In this document: positions 39,400 to 51,979 of the stretch, one piece after another
Numbering within the stretch: the stretch's first letter is position 1
How the letters are laid out: the number at the start of each line of letters is the position of its first letter
Source of the DNA: Octopus sinensis
Taxonomy: Eukaryota
DNA: 64,000 bases
Assembly (NCBI RefSeq): GCF_006345805.1
Contig: NC_043006.1
Location: 47,244,001 to 47,308,000 of the forward strand
Direction: 5' to 3'
Translations under genes and position numbers: made by a program
Notes under the pieces: model-generated
Database searches by the model: none
The model's input: only the letters and a program-made list of their open reading frames with translations
What the model was told of the DNA's origin: nothing

Positions 39400-39713
39400 T
39401 ACAATATATATATATTTGTAAAAAAGAAGTTTGAAAACGCCACTATGTTAGATAAATTTTAATTTTCTTATGAATTTTACATGTTTCGGTTCTTGAAAAA
39501 GCGAATCTTATCAAAAATATTATAGAAAGAAAAGTGTAATAGAAAAGTTCATGATTGTTTCTTACTGGTCTCAATAGAATACATGTGGTGGTCTTTTGTC
39601 GGTAGTAGGTATAATAGCTATAAATTTCAAGTTGAGTGTAGTAAAGAAATTCATTATTGTTTCTTGCTGGTATCAACAGGAACCGCGTGTTTGTTTTTTA
39701 GTTTCCTTCCTTG

Positions 39714-39720
<7 letters not shown>
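39400..39720 (-). mobile_element. Family U module with U3:A8 hammerhead motif (39474-39518)
   Basis: Minus strand ATTT-TTGATAA-GATTC(10 nt)GAACC-GAAA-CATG-TA-AAAT; colinear with 5215-5505. Confidence 0.65.
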
Positions 39721-39770
<50 letters not shown>

Positions 39771-40228
39771 TACATTCACATAATTCTATATACATATTAG
39801 ATGCACGTATACAAATATATACATTTAAATATGTATTCATATACACATACATTCGCGTGTTTGTGTGTGTATGTTTGTGTACTTGAATATATAAACATAT
39901 ACATACATATTTGTAACAAATTGCTAAACAAGTTTTGAAGAGAGTTATTTCTAAAAAGTTATTAACGAAATTATATCTTCTGGAATTAATATTAGACAAA
40001 AATGTTCACTTACAGGATAATTGAAGTCACACATATTTTAAAACGTCGGGTGTTCTCGAATCTTCTCCAAAGTAACACGCCGGTCATATGTATTTAAATA
40101 TATACCTATTATGATATACGTATATCATAATAGGGGTATATTAGGAGACAGAGTGAGACGGAAGAGGAGACAGGGAAGGTAGATATGGGCAAAAGTAATT
40201 TTGTGTGTGTATACCTATATATTATATA

Positions 40229-40793
40229 CTAGCAGCTAAGCCCGGTTTCATCCGGTCCGTTTGGATTATGTGGCTGTGATCATTTTTGGTTAGACAATCT
40301 ATAACAACATTTCTCAAACTTATCATTTCGGGTACCCTGTTTCGATTGGAACTTCCAGTTGTATGAAAATTTCCCTCCCCGCCGTCATCCGGAAAACAGC
40401 TTCAGGAGCTGTGAAGAACGAATTTGTACGTAGTCTGTTTCTTGAAGCCATTTCTATTGGACCTCTGACTAATCATTAAAACATTGATTTCATTATGAAC
40501 ATAAAAAGAAATTCTACATTAATCCCAATTTTTGTAAGCAGTTGTATCCGTAAAAATTTTATTTGCAGAGAGCAGAATTTGAAAGAAGATACATGAAATG
40601 GACGTGTGTGTGAGTGTGTTTGTTTGTGTGTGCTTGCCCGTGTGTATGTGAGAGAGAAAGCGGATGAGAAAGAGAGATTGAGTGAGTGAAGGTGTGTGTC
40701 GGGATGATTGACGTCTTTTAAGGTACACACACATACATAGAAAATGTGAAGTCATCATATAAGATTTTTATATTAGTTGATTTATATAAAAGA
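40229..40793 (-). mobile_element. Non-autonomous Helitron-like element
   Basis: Plus strand A|CTAG...CCCGGTTTCATCCGG hairpin at the left end and TATAAAAGA|T at the right end (minus-strand A|TC...CTAG|T). Confidence 0.7.
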
Positions 40794-41291
40794 TTATGTT
40801 AAATTTTTGAAATGCAAATACGTGAAAGAAAATTAAGTCCAGACCTCTACATGGTACCTAAACCTGGTAGAAATAGCAGGCAAATCTTCCTCAAAACACC
40901 CTACAGTCATAATCTGGCAATTCTGCCTCTTATGCAGTTTGAATGAGAAACTAAAGGTTATTAACCCCATAAATAGGTGAAAGAAGAGAGACAGCATAGC
41001 GAAAGTTTTGGCTCACTGTCATCATGTACTCCCCCCGTTGTTAGCGAAAAGATATATGTGAGCTGTGTGAGTAACTGGTTGTTTTAATGGCAGAACAAAC
41101 AAGTGAATTGCATTAGAAAAAGTTTTAATCGATTTTCTCAATAACTATCGAGGCTAGAAAAAAATACAAACCGCATTCCAATCTATGCCCTTGTCTCCAC
41201 ACGTGTGCCATTCTTCACGCGAATCCACCCAGCCATTTGACTGTGAAACAGAAAACGAGAAAGAATACAACGATCCAATTATATGTCCAAT

Positions 41292-41335
<44 letters not shown>

Positions 41336-41788
41336 TATATATATATATATTATATCTATATAATATATATATATATATATATATAATATCACTTCAGAAG
41401 ATGACTATATAGATGTGCATTTTATTGGCACAGACAGAATTATTCATAAGAAAATCAAAACGTTTTTTGAAACGATTTCCAAATGCATTCTAACATTCTT
41501 ATAACAAAAGTAAATTCAGAACGATGTGTTGTGCATTACTGCCTTGATGCGGTTACAAAAATAGTTAAATGCTTGATACCTTGGTCAACATTGGTATTGG
41601 TCTAGGGCTTCATGGGAACGCATTGACCAAATCTTAATTTTTGATAAATACTTTTATTTGCTTATAAATAAAAAATAGGCTGAAGTGAAACTTTCCACAC
41701 AAGCATGCTTGCGCATATAAGAAATATGATTTTTATCCAAAATAAAAAAAATCAAAGTGCTACTTGTGAGATAATTGAACCTGTATAC

Positions 41789-41842
41789 CATCACGTAGAC
41801 GGAATGCACTCTACAATCTTCACCGAAGTAACACACTAAACA
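41789..41842 (-). other. 54-nt exon-like cassette, AG/GT intact ([18 protein letters not shown])
   Basis: TTTTGTATACCAG| ... ATG|GTATAC; open. Confidence 0.45.
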
Positions 41843-41902
41843 CTGGTATACAAAATAAATATAAGTATATGACTTCTATTACACACACACACACACACAC
41901 AC

Positions 41903-41947
<45 letters not shown>

Positions 41948-42017
41948 GCACACATACATTTTACATTCACACACATATACATATATATATATGTATATAT
42001 ATATATATAAGTATATA

Positions 42018-42061
<44 letters not shown>

Positions 42062-42430
42062 TGCATATACATATATACATACACATATTTCTATATACAT
42101 ATAAATAATATACATATATATTCATACACACATAAATTCGCGTGTTTCTGTGCGTGTGTTTGTGTACTTGAATATATATATATATATATATATATACGTA
42201 TACATATATATTTGAAACATATTGCTAAACAAGGTTTAAAGAGAATTATTTTTTAAAAAGTCAGTAGCGAAATCATATCTTTTTGGAATTAATTTTAGAC
42301 AAAATTTTCACTTATAGGATTATTGAAATGACACTGATTTTACAAATTCGAGCGTTCTTGAAATTACTCCGAAGTTACAGGCAGTTTATAGGTCTTTAAA
42401 TGTATACATATTATGACATATGTATATCAT

Positions 42431-42700
42431 GTTGTTTGTCCCTTCTCGAGCCACACCTGGGTCATACACCTGTTTCCTATGCGTATAGGTTCCGTACTTG
42501 GACGAGTCGCCGGCCTGTCGCAGGTTAGCTGCAAGATGCAGGAAGAAAGAGTGAGAGAAAGTTGTGGCGAAAGAGTCAGAAGAATGCCGCCATTACCTTC
42601 TGCTGGAGCCGCGTGGAGCTTAGGTGTTTCGCTCATAAACACACACATCGACCGGTCTGACGCTTGAACACGCTATCCCTCGACTGCGAGTCCGCTGCTC
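42431..42700 (-). mobile_element. tRNA-derived SINE family C inside the module B palindrome
   Basis: Colinear with 44371-44667; TATATCAT duplicated at both flanks. Confidence 0.85.
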
Positions 42701-42800
42701 TATATCATAATAGGTATATATTAGGAGACGGAGAGAGAAGGAAGAGGAGAGAGTGAAGGGGAATATGGATATATATAATTGTGTGTGTGTATACATGCAT

Positions 42801-42842
<42 letters not shown>

Positions 42843-43129
42843 TATGACTTTAGATGATGGATTTATAAATGTGCACAGAACACAATTATTCATCAGAAAA
42901 TCAAACCGATTTTTGAAATAATTTCCAAAACGCATTCTAACGTACTCATAACAAAATTTAATTCAGAACAAGGTGTTGTGCGGTACTGCCTGGATGCGGT
43001 TACAAAAAATGCTTGATTCCTTGATAATTATTAATATTGGTTTTGGGCTCCTTGGGAACGCATTCATAAAATCTTAATTTTAGATAAATACTATTATTTG
43101 CTTTTCATGAAGCAAATTGAAGTGAAATT

Positions 43130-43601
43130 GGATCTTTTTGGTTTGAACGGCAGTTTTTAACATAATTGCTAGGTAACTGGTTGAATGTCCGTATACTGGT
43201 TGAATGTCTTTATAAAACATCGTTTTCTCTTGGCTTTATTGAGAAAATTCTATAGTTTGTAAGATATTTGTTGTTGTTTTTTCTTCAATTTCTGCAATTT
43301 CAACCAATCGATGACGTCCATTGAGGTAAAAACATTCAGTGCCATATGAATATGTCCCTCGTTTAAGAAACAGATTGGGTTTATTTACATTTGTGAAGAA
43401 AAAAGATACCCTTTCCTCCACCCCTAACCCTAACCCTCCACCCCTAACCCTAACCCTCACTCTAACTAAACCTAACTAACCATAACCAACCCTAAACCTA
43501 AAAGAGATTGAAATGCATTAGATCGATACTAGGGTCATAATTACGGGTGACAATTTGCTATGACACCGCTAGAAAAACTGCCGTTCAAACCGAAAAGATC
43601 C
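43130..43601. mobile_element. TIR MITE (GG termini, 8-bp TSD; Merlin-like) with internal telomere-like CCCTAA repeats
   Basis: TIR GGATCTTTTYGGTTTGAACGGCAGTTTTT; TSD GTGAAATT / GGGAAATT; CCCTAA repeats at 43422-43500; empty site seen in other module A copies. Confidence 0.8.
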
Positions 43602-44140
43602 GGGAAATTTTTCAGAGTTGTATTCTTGCGCATATAGGAAATAATATTATGATTTTTAGCAAAAAAAAAAAAAATCAGTATGCTATTTCTGTGACTATTG
43701 AACACGTACACGGAATGCTTTCTACAATATTAACCAAATTAACAGACTACACGCTAATATACAAAATAAACATAAGTATATGACTTATATTACACACACA
43801 CCACACAGACACACACACACATACACACACACAGATACATATATATATATTCACACGCACACTGACATTTATACATTCACACAGATATACGTATACAAAT
43901 ATATATATATGTATGAATATTGAAGCCCTCAACCGATATTAATATTGATCAAAGAATAAACCATTTAACTATTTTGTAACCGCATCGAGGAAGTAACGCA
44001 CAACACTTTGTTCAGAATTTAATATTGTTATGAGTATGTTAGAAGGCGTTTTGGAAATCGTTTCAGTAAGAGGGTTTGATTTTCTGATAATTCTGTTCTG
44101 TGCACATCTATATATCAATCTTCTGAAGTGATATTACATA

Positions 44141-44223
<83 letters not shown>

Positions 44224-44370
44224 GCGTGTGTGTGTGTATGTGTGCGTGTGTGTGTGTGTGTGTATGTATGTATACACACACAAAATTACATATAATCCAT
44301 ATCTCCCTTCCCTCTCTCCTCTTCCTTCTCTCTCCGTCTCTTAATATATACCTATTATGATATAGATATT

Positions 44371-44667
44371 TGGAGGTACATGGCCTAGTGGTTAGAGCAG
44401 CGGACTCGCGGTCGAGGGATCACGGGTTCGAATCTCAGACCTGGCGATGTGTGTGTTTATGAACGAAACACCTAAGCTCCACGTGGCTCCAGCAGACGGT
44501 AATGGCGAACTTCAGCTGACTCATTCACCACAACTTTCTCTCACTCTTTCAACTTGCATCTCACCTGCGACAGACCGGCGTCCCGTTCAGGTGGGGAACC
44601 GATACGCCAAGGAAACCGGGAAATCAACCCTATGAGCCAGGCTTGGCTCAGGAATGACCAAACGGCT
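44371..44667 (+). mobile_element. tRNA-derived SINE family C, full length
   Basis: A-box TGGCCTAGTGG, B-box GGTTCGAATC; lies in an inverted module B copy. Confidence 0.9.
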
Positions 44668-45044
44668 TGATTTACATAGAATCATAATAGGTATATATTT
44701 AAAGACATATAACCGACCTGTTAATTTGTAGAATATCCGAGAGCGCTCGACGTTGTAATATCAGTGTGATTTCAATTATTCTGTAAGTGAAGATTCTTAC
44801 CTAATATTAATTCCCAAAAGATATGATTTCGTTAATAACGTTTTAAAAAGTAATTCTGTTGGAAACTTGTTTAGCAATATGTTTCAAATATATACGTATA
44901 TGTGTATATATTCAAGTACACAAACACACACTTACACAAATACGTGAATGTATGTGTATATGAAGACTTATTTATATATATGTATCTATATACGTATATA
45001 AAATATGTGTCGCACACACTCACACATACACACACATCTGTTGC

Positions 45045-45325
45045 GTTACCAACCTTGTCTCCACTCTTTTGGCTTTAAAAACCTACTTTGCTCTTGTTAT
45101 CGTAAACTTCCGCCTTTCACCATGTGTAACTCGTAAACACCAGTCGTTTTTTTCCCTATCTCCTGTTGCCCGCTTTGGGATCTTTCTTTCCTCTCTCTTC
45201 CTTCTTTATGTTTCCGACGAAGAGCTCCGCTCGAAACGTCATACCTTCCTGCTTCCATTTCCTGAGCGCCTATTAATAATAATACTGTAATTGTTCCATT
45301 GTTGTTGTTTTTTTGTTTTCCCGTT
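45045..45325 (+). mobile_element. Microsatellite-flanked Penelope-terminal-like module with minimal hammerhead (45210-45244)
   Basis: GTTT-CCGACGA-A-GAGC-TCC-GCTC-GAAA-CG-TC-ATAC (U4 changed to C). Confidence 0.6.
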
Positions 45326-45331
45326 TGGATT

Positions 45332-45376
<45 letters not shown>

Positions 45377-45394
45377 TTTATATATATATGTTTC

Positions 45395-45530
45395 TCTATT
45401 ACCCACAAGGGGCTAAACATAGAGTGGGCAAACAAGGACAGACAAATGGATTAAGTCGATTATATCGACTCCAGTGCGTAACTGGTACTTAATTTATCCA
45501 CCCCGAAAGGATTATAGGCAAAGTCGACCT
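45395..45530 (-). mobile_element. SINE family B, 3' half
   Basis: Matches 28146-28290. Confidence 0.8.
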
Positions 45531-46122
45531 TAGGTCTTTATTATACGTGCATATATATTTATTGATAGAGATAATTTTAGATCTTAATTCTAATATTTAT
45601 ATACATTTATATATTTTCATTGATAATTTATTTACTATTCAAATATTATATAATTATTTGACCTGAAATTATATTTAATAATATGAATAGTCATTTTTTT
45701 TGTAAAATGTGTTTGTAATTAGATATTAACTTTAACCGATATTAGATTATTTGAGAGTTTCTTACCTTAAAAATTAATACTTAAAAATTAATATTTAATA
45801 TTATAATTGATTGTGTGACATAATCATAATCGTTAAGTTTCTAGTTTAATAATAGAGTTTTTATAAGAAAAATTATTATTTTATTTATTTATTAAAAATA
45901 ATTGTTTAAATATTTCTGATTATTTATTTAAATATTAGAATTAACCTGAAGATTGACTATAACCATAATTCGAATTATTAATTGAATTTAAATTATTGTT
46001 ATTCGAATTGGTTTATGGACACGAAACGTATCGTACTAGTTTTACTCTTTATCTTATATTAAACATTTAATACTTTTTAAATAGTTATATATATTAAAAA
46101 AATTTATAATAATAATAATTAT

Positions 46123-46193
<71 letters not shown>

Positions 46194-47076
46194 TTATAAG
46201 TATAAATTATTAATTTAAATAATTTTTTAAATTTTAACTTTAAATTTAAATAATTAAAATTTTGAATTTTATATTTTATATATTTTTTATTAATTAATTT
46301 TACTTCTATGTATTGGTTTATGATTTTCACTGTTTGATTTGTCTAATAGTGGTTTTATCTCTAATTTAATATATATATTTATACTATAAAATTAGATTTA
46401 ATCCTAAATCTAATTTTTCCCTGTAAGTTTGGATTAACTCCCTAATATTATTATTATTAATATATATATATATATATACGTATATGTGTGTGAATGTAAA
46501 AATGGATGTGTGTGTATGAGAACATATATATATATGCCTCTGCGTGTATGTGTGGGAGTTTATGTGTGTGTCTGTGTGCGTGTGTGTGTGTGTTTGTGTG
46601 TGTGTGTGTCTGTATAATATAAGTCATATACATATATTTATTTTGTATACCAGCTGCTAGTGTGTTACTTCGGTGAAATAGGTAGAGAGCATTCCGTCTA
46701 CGTGAAGCTATACGGGTTCAATTTTCACAGAGGTAGCATACTGATGTTTTTTTCGTTTTTGCTAACAATCATATTTCTTTAAAATTTCTGAAAATTTTCA
46801 CTTCAGCCTAATTTTCATTAAAAGCAAATAGATGTATCTATCTGAAATTAAGGTTTCGACAATGCTTGCCTAAGAAACCCTAGACCAATGTTAATATTGC
46901 TCAAGGAAGCAAGCTTTTAACTATATTTGTAACCTCACATCGTTGTGATTTAAATTTTGTTATGGGTATGTTAGAATGTGTTTTGGAAATTGTTTCAAAA
47001 AACGGTTTGATTTTCCGATGAGAAATTCTGTTCTCTGCCAATAAAATGCACATTTATATATCTATCTTTTGAAACG

Positions 47077-47124
<48 letters not shown>

Positions 47125-47134
47125 TATAGGAATG

Positions 47135-47170
<36 letters not shown>

Positions 47171-47241
47171 AAGTTACATATATTCCTATCTCTCTGCCCT
47201 CTCTCCTCTTCCTTCTTTCACTGTCTCCTAATATATACCTA

Positions 47242-47613
47242 CTAGCAGTATCGCCCGGCGTTGCTCAGGTTTGTAAGGGAAATAACTATAAAGCATTTTT
47301 AGAGAGTTATAGCCAAAAAAATGGAAAAAAATGATGGTAAATTTTTTTTTAGTTAAAAAAGGTGGAGTTGCGTCCCCTAGACAGTTTGCGGTTTGTGTTT
47401 CTGATTCTCGACCCCATGTCGAATTTATCGATTTTTTTCAGAACTGGGGGAACTTTTCAAAATTTTCGCTGCGTTAGTTTTGAATTATGACATTGGGCTA
47501 TGTGTGTGTCAAATTTCATCAGAAATGGTTGAAAGCCGTGGTCAGGGTGAGGGTACAAGCAAACAGACACACAGAAACACGCACAGACAAACTGCCGTTT
47601 ATATAGAGAGAGA
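47242..47613 (-). mobile_element. Non-autonomous Helitron, 372 bp, precise A|T insertion without TSD
   Basis: Removing it restores the module B sequence TATACCTA|TTATGATATA; minus-strand TC...hairpin...CTAG. Confidence 0.9.
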
Positions 47614-47830
47614 TTATGATATACCTATATCATAATAGGTATATATTTAAATAAACATAACAGGTGTGTTACTTTGAAGAAAATTCGAGAACACCCGATG
47701 TTGTATAATCAGCGTGATTTCAATTATCCTGAAAGTGAAGATTTTTGTTTAATATTAATTCCAACAGATATGAATTCGTTAATAACTTTTTTAAAATTAA
47801 TTCTCTTGAAACATGGTTTAACAATTTTTT

Positions 47831-47877
<47 letters not shown>

Positions 47878-47936
47878 ATATATTTAAGTACGCAAGCACA
47901 CTCACAAACACGCGAATATATGTGTATATGAAAATT

Positions 47937-47973
<37 letters not shown>

Positions 47974-48012
47974 ATAGAAATATGTGTACGTAGATATATA
48001 TGCAAGCAAATA

Positions 48013-48045
<33 letters not shown>

Positions 48046-48074
48046 GTAATATGTGGCAATTATTCGGTAGCCAA

Positions 48075-48135
48075 GATAAAACGCAAAGTTTCGGATGCTG
48101 AGGAGGAAATCCACGCCACCATCTCTTCAGTTATC
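48075..48135 (-). ncRNA. Type I hammerhead motif in the ~220-bp module X (48050-48265)
   Basis: Minus strand GATAA-CTGAAGA-GATG...CATC-C-GAAA-C(TTTGC)G-TT-TTATC; 5-bp stem I is perfect. Confidence 0.55.
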
Positions 48136-48305
48136 CGGCCATCGGAAAAACGCTATGAAAAATGACCGCTATACAAAAGGAAATTACGGTGTTATTGACG
48201 CTATTAAGACAAAAGAGCTATTCGAATCACCGCTAAGTAAGGTAAGGGGTAAAAAGTTCAAAGTATTCGCGTAAGTCATATATTTATGTTTATTTTGTAT
48301 ATCAG

Positions 48306-48359
48306 TATCTAGCATGTTACTTCGGTGAAAATTGTAGAGAGCATTCCTTCTCCGAGGAG
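48306..48359 (+). other. 54-nt exon-like cassette, AG/GT intact (YLACYFGENCREHSFSEE)
   Basis: TTTTGTATATCAG| ... GAG|GTATGC; open. Confidence 0.45.
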
Positions 48360-48904
48360 GTATGCGAGTTCAATTATAGCAGAAGTAGCATGCTGCCAAT
48401 TTTTTTTTTTTTTTGCTGTTAATCATAATACTATTTCTTATATGCGCAAGCATACTTGTGTGGAAAATTTCTCTTCAGCCTAATTTTCATTAAATGCAAA
48501 GAATAGTATTTATCTAAATTATGGTTTGATCAATATTAATATCGATCAAAAATCAAGGATTCAACTAGTTTTTGTAACTGCATCGAGCCAGGAACGCACA
48601 ACACATATATCTTCATTTACACATAAATTCGCATATTTGTGAGTTCGTGTGTGTGTACATGAATATATATGCATATACATATATATTTCAACATATTGCT
48701 AAACAAGGTTTAAAGAGTGTTATTAACTTTTAAAAGTTAGTAACGAAATCATATCTTTTGGAATTCATATTAAACAAAAATCTTCACTGGAGGATAACTG
48801 AAACCACATTGATATTACAACGACGAACGCTCTCGAATGTTCTACAAATTCACAGGCCGGTTACATGTCTTTAAATATATAACTATTATTATATATGTAT
48901 ATCA

Positions 48905-49201
48905 AGTTATTTGTTCCTTCCCGAGCAACGCGTGGTTCATAGGGCCGGTTATCCGGTTCTCTTGGCCTATAGGTTCCCCACCTGTACGGGACGCCGGTCC
49001 GTCGCAGGTGAGCTGCAAGAGGAAAGAGTGAGAGAAAGTTATGGCGAAATAATCAGCAGAAGTTCGCCATTACCTGCTGCAAGAGCCGCACGGAGCTTAG
49101 ATGTTTTGCTCATAAACACACACATCGTTCTCTCAGAGATTCGAACCCGCGATCCCTCGACCACGAGACCACCGTTCTAAACACTAGGCCATGTGCCTCC
49201 A
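48905..49201 (-). mobile_element. SINE family C in module B
   Basis: Colinear with the reverse complement of 44371-44667, same insertion point. Confidence 0.85.
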
Positions 49202-49819
49202 CATATGTATTTCATAATAGTTATATATTAGAAGACGGTGAGAGAAGGAACAGGAGAGATGGAAGGTAAATATGGATATATGTAATTGTGTGTATGTATA
49301 CATGCACATATATATATATAATATCACTTCAGAAGATGAATATATAGACGCGCACAAAACAGTATGCAATTGGTCTAAAGCTTCTTGGGAATGCATTGAC
49401 CAAATCTTGATTTTAGATAAATACTATTATTTTGCCTTTCATGTAAATTAAGCTGAAGTTAAATTTTTCAGAAAATCAAACCGTTTTTTGAAACAATTTC
49501 CAAAACGCATTCTAACATACTCATAACAAAATTGAATTCAGAACGATGTGAGGTGCGTTACTGCCTGGATGCGGTTACAAAAATAGTTAAATGCTCAATT
49601 CCTTGATCAATATTAATATTGGATCGGGGCTTCGTGGACACGCATTGACCAAATCTCAATTTAGATAAATACTATTCTTTGCTTTTAATGAAAATTAGGC
49701 TGAAGTGAAATTTTCCACACAAGCATGCTTACGCATATAAGAAATAATATTATGATTGTTTGCAAAAACATTTTTTGAAATGGGCAGCATGCTACTTTGC
49801 TATAATTGAACTCGCATAC

Positions 49820-49873
49820 CTTCACATAGAAGGAATGCTCTCTACAATTTCTACCGAAGTAACACGCTAGGTA
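49820..49873 (-). other. 54-nt exon-like cassette, AG/GT intact (YLACYFGRNCREHSFYVK)
   Basis: TTTTGTATAACAG| ... AAG|GTATGC; open. Confidence 0.45.
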
Positions 49874-50046
49874 CTGTTATACAAAATAAACATAAATATA
49901 TGTCTAACGCGAATACTTTGAACTTTCTACCTCCTTACCTTATTTAGGAACGATTCGAATAGCTCTTTTGTCTTAATAGCGGTCAATAACACAGTAATTT
50001 CCCATTGTATAACGGTCATTTTTCATAGTGTTTTTTCCAATGGCCG

Positions 50047-50107
50047 GATAACTGAAGAGGTGGTGGCGTGGATTTCCTCCTCAGCATCCGAAAGTCGGCT
50101 TTTTATC
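50047..50107 (+). ncRNA. Type I hammerhead motif, second copy of module X (49903-50135)
   Basis: GATAA-CTGAAGA-GGTG...CATCC-GAAA-GTCGGC-TT-TTTATC (one extra T in stem I). Confidence 0.45.
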
Positions 50108-50365
50108 TCGGCTTCCGAATAATTGTCACGTATTACATTTACAGATATATATATATTTGCATGCATATATATCTACATATGCATATTTCTATATACATTC
50201 ACCACAACACACATATATATATATATATGTATGTATATATGTCCTCATATACATATATATTTGAAACAAATTGATAAAAAGGTTTCAAGAGAGTTATTTT
50301 AAAAAAAAGTTATTAACGAATTCATATCTTTTGGAATTAATATTAAACAATAATCTTCACTTACA

Positions 50366-50399
<34 letters not shown>

Positions 50400-50684
50400 A
50401 TATATATATATATATATATAAATTATATACATCGCTTCAGAATATAGATATATAATGTGCCTTTTATTGGCACAGAACAGAATTATTCAGCAGAAAATAA
50501 AATCGTTTTTTGAAACAATTTCCAAATGCATTCTTACATACTTAATGAAAATTAAATTCAGAACTATGTGTTGTGCGTTACTGTCTTGATGCGGTTACAA
50601 AAATAGTTAAAAGCTTGATTTTTTGGTCTAGGGCTTCATAGGAGCGCATTGACCAAACCCTAATTTCAGATAAATACAATCATT

Positions 50685-51268
50685 GGATCTTTTCCTTTAG
50701 AACGGCACTTTGTAACATAATTTCTAGGTAACTAAAAAGTTTTAAACTTCGCATACTGGTAGAATGTGTTTATAAAATATAATTTTCTCTTGGTTTTATT
50801 GAGAAAATTCTATAGTTTGTAAGATATTTTGTCTGAAACTTCGAGCATTTCGGCAATTTTAACCAATCGATTACCTCCATTGAGCTAAAATCATTTGCTT
50901 CGTCTAAAACTGTGACAACATCTTGTCACTAAGCCTAAACCTGACCCTAACCCAAACCCTAAATTTTTTTTCTTAATTGTTAAATTAATTTAATTGTTAC
51001 GCGTGTAAAAAAAACGAAAGCAATGGAAAATAATTTAAACAATTAACAAACAAAATAATTCTATAATTTTATACACACGCATTCCGTACGTATACGGAAA
51101 GCGTGTGTATAAAATTCGAAAAATTAACTACGTTAAACAAACGAATTACAGTTTTATTAAGAAAGCCAAGAGAAGAAAATGTTTTATTTTGACACATTCT
51201 ACCAGAATACGAAGTTTTTAAGTGCTTAGTTAACTAGAAATTATGTGCCGTTCAAAAGGAAAAGACCC
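50685..51268. mobile_element. TIR MITE related to 43130-43601 (8-bp TSD, long imperfect TIRs, CCCTAA-like repeats)
   Basis: GGATCTTTTCCTTTAGAACGGCA ... TGCCGTTCAAAAGGAAAAGACCC; TSD CAATCATT / CAATTATT; internal hairpin at about 51065-51116. Confidence 0.8.
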
Positions 51269-51392
51269 CAATTATTTGCTTTTAGTGAAACTTTGGCTGT
51301 AGTGAAATTTTCCCAAGAAATAATATTATGACTGTTAGCAAAAATAAAAAAGAAAACTGTATGTTACTTCTGTGATAATTGAACTCGCATAC

Positions 51393-51446
51393 CTTTAAAT
51401 AGAAGAAATGCTCTCTACAATCTTCACCGAAGAAACACACTAGCTG
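51393..51446 (-). other. 54-nt exon-like cassette, AG/GT intact (QLVCFFGEDCREHFFYLK)
   Basis: CTTTTGTATATCAG| ... AAG|GTATGC; open. Confidence 0.45.
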
Positions 51447-51456
51447 CTGATATACA

Positions 51457-51483
51457 AAAGAAACATAAGTATATGACTTATGT

Positions 51484-51519
<36 letters not shown>

Positions 51520-51616
51520 ATATATATATATATATTCACACACAAACACACATTTATACATTCAAAAACATACATTTACAAATATATATATAAGAATGTA
51601 TGTATTATATATATAT

Positions 51617-51659
<43 letters not shown>

Positions 51660-51783
51660 ACATATATATATACATACATTTTATATATATATTTGTAAAT
51701 GTATGTTTTGAATGTATAAATGTGTGTTTGTGTGGAATATATATATGTGGTGTGTGATATAAGTCATATACTTATGTTTCTTT
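51457..51783. repeat. Fold-back inverted duplication centred on (TA)n
   Basis: AAAGAAACATAAGTATATGACTTAT...CACATTTATACATTCAAAAACATACATTTACAAAT mirrored on the other side. Confidence 0.85.
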
Positions 51784-51810
51784 ATTATAAAAAATAAATA
51801 ATATTATATT

Positions 51811-51979
51811 ATATTAAATTAGAGATAAAACCACTATTAGGCAAATCAACAATGAAAAACATAAGCCAATACATAATTGATATATATTTAAAATAATATA
51901 AAGTAATAAAATTTATGTATTGGCTTATGTTTTTCATTGTTTGATTTGCCTAATAGTGGTTTTATCTCTAATTTAATAT
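51811..51979. repeat. Fold-back (~66-bp arms) of the same module family as 25886-26052
   Basis: ATATTAAATTAGAGATAAAACCACTATTAGGCAAATCAAC... and its reverse complement, ~36-nt spacer. Confidence 0.85.

Noticed and set aside
43422-43500. Telomere or chromosome-fusion scar
   Set aside because: The repeats are few, degenerate and internal to a TIR element with a TSD.
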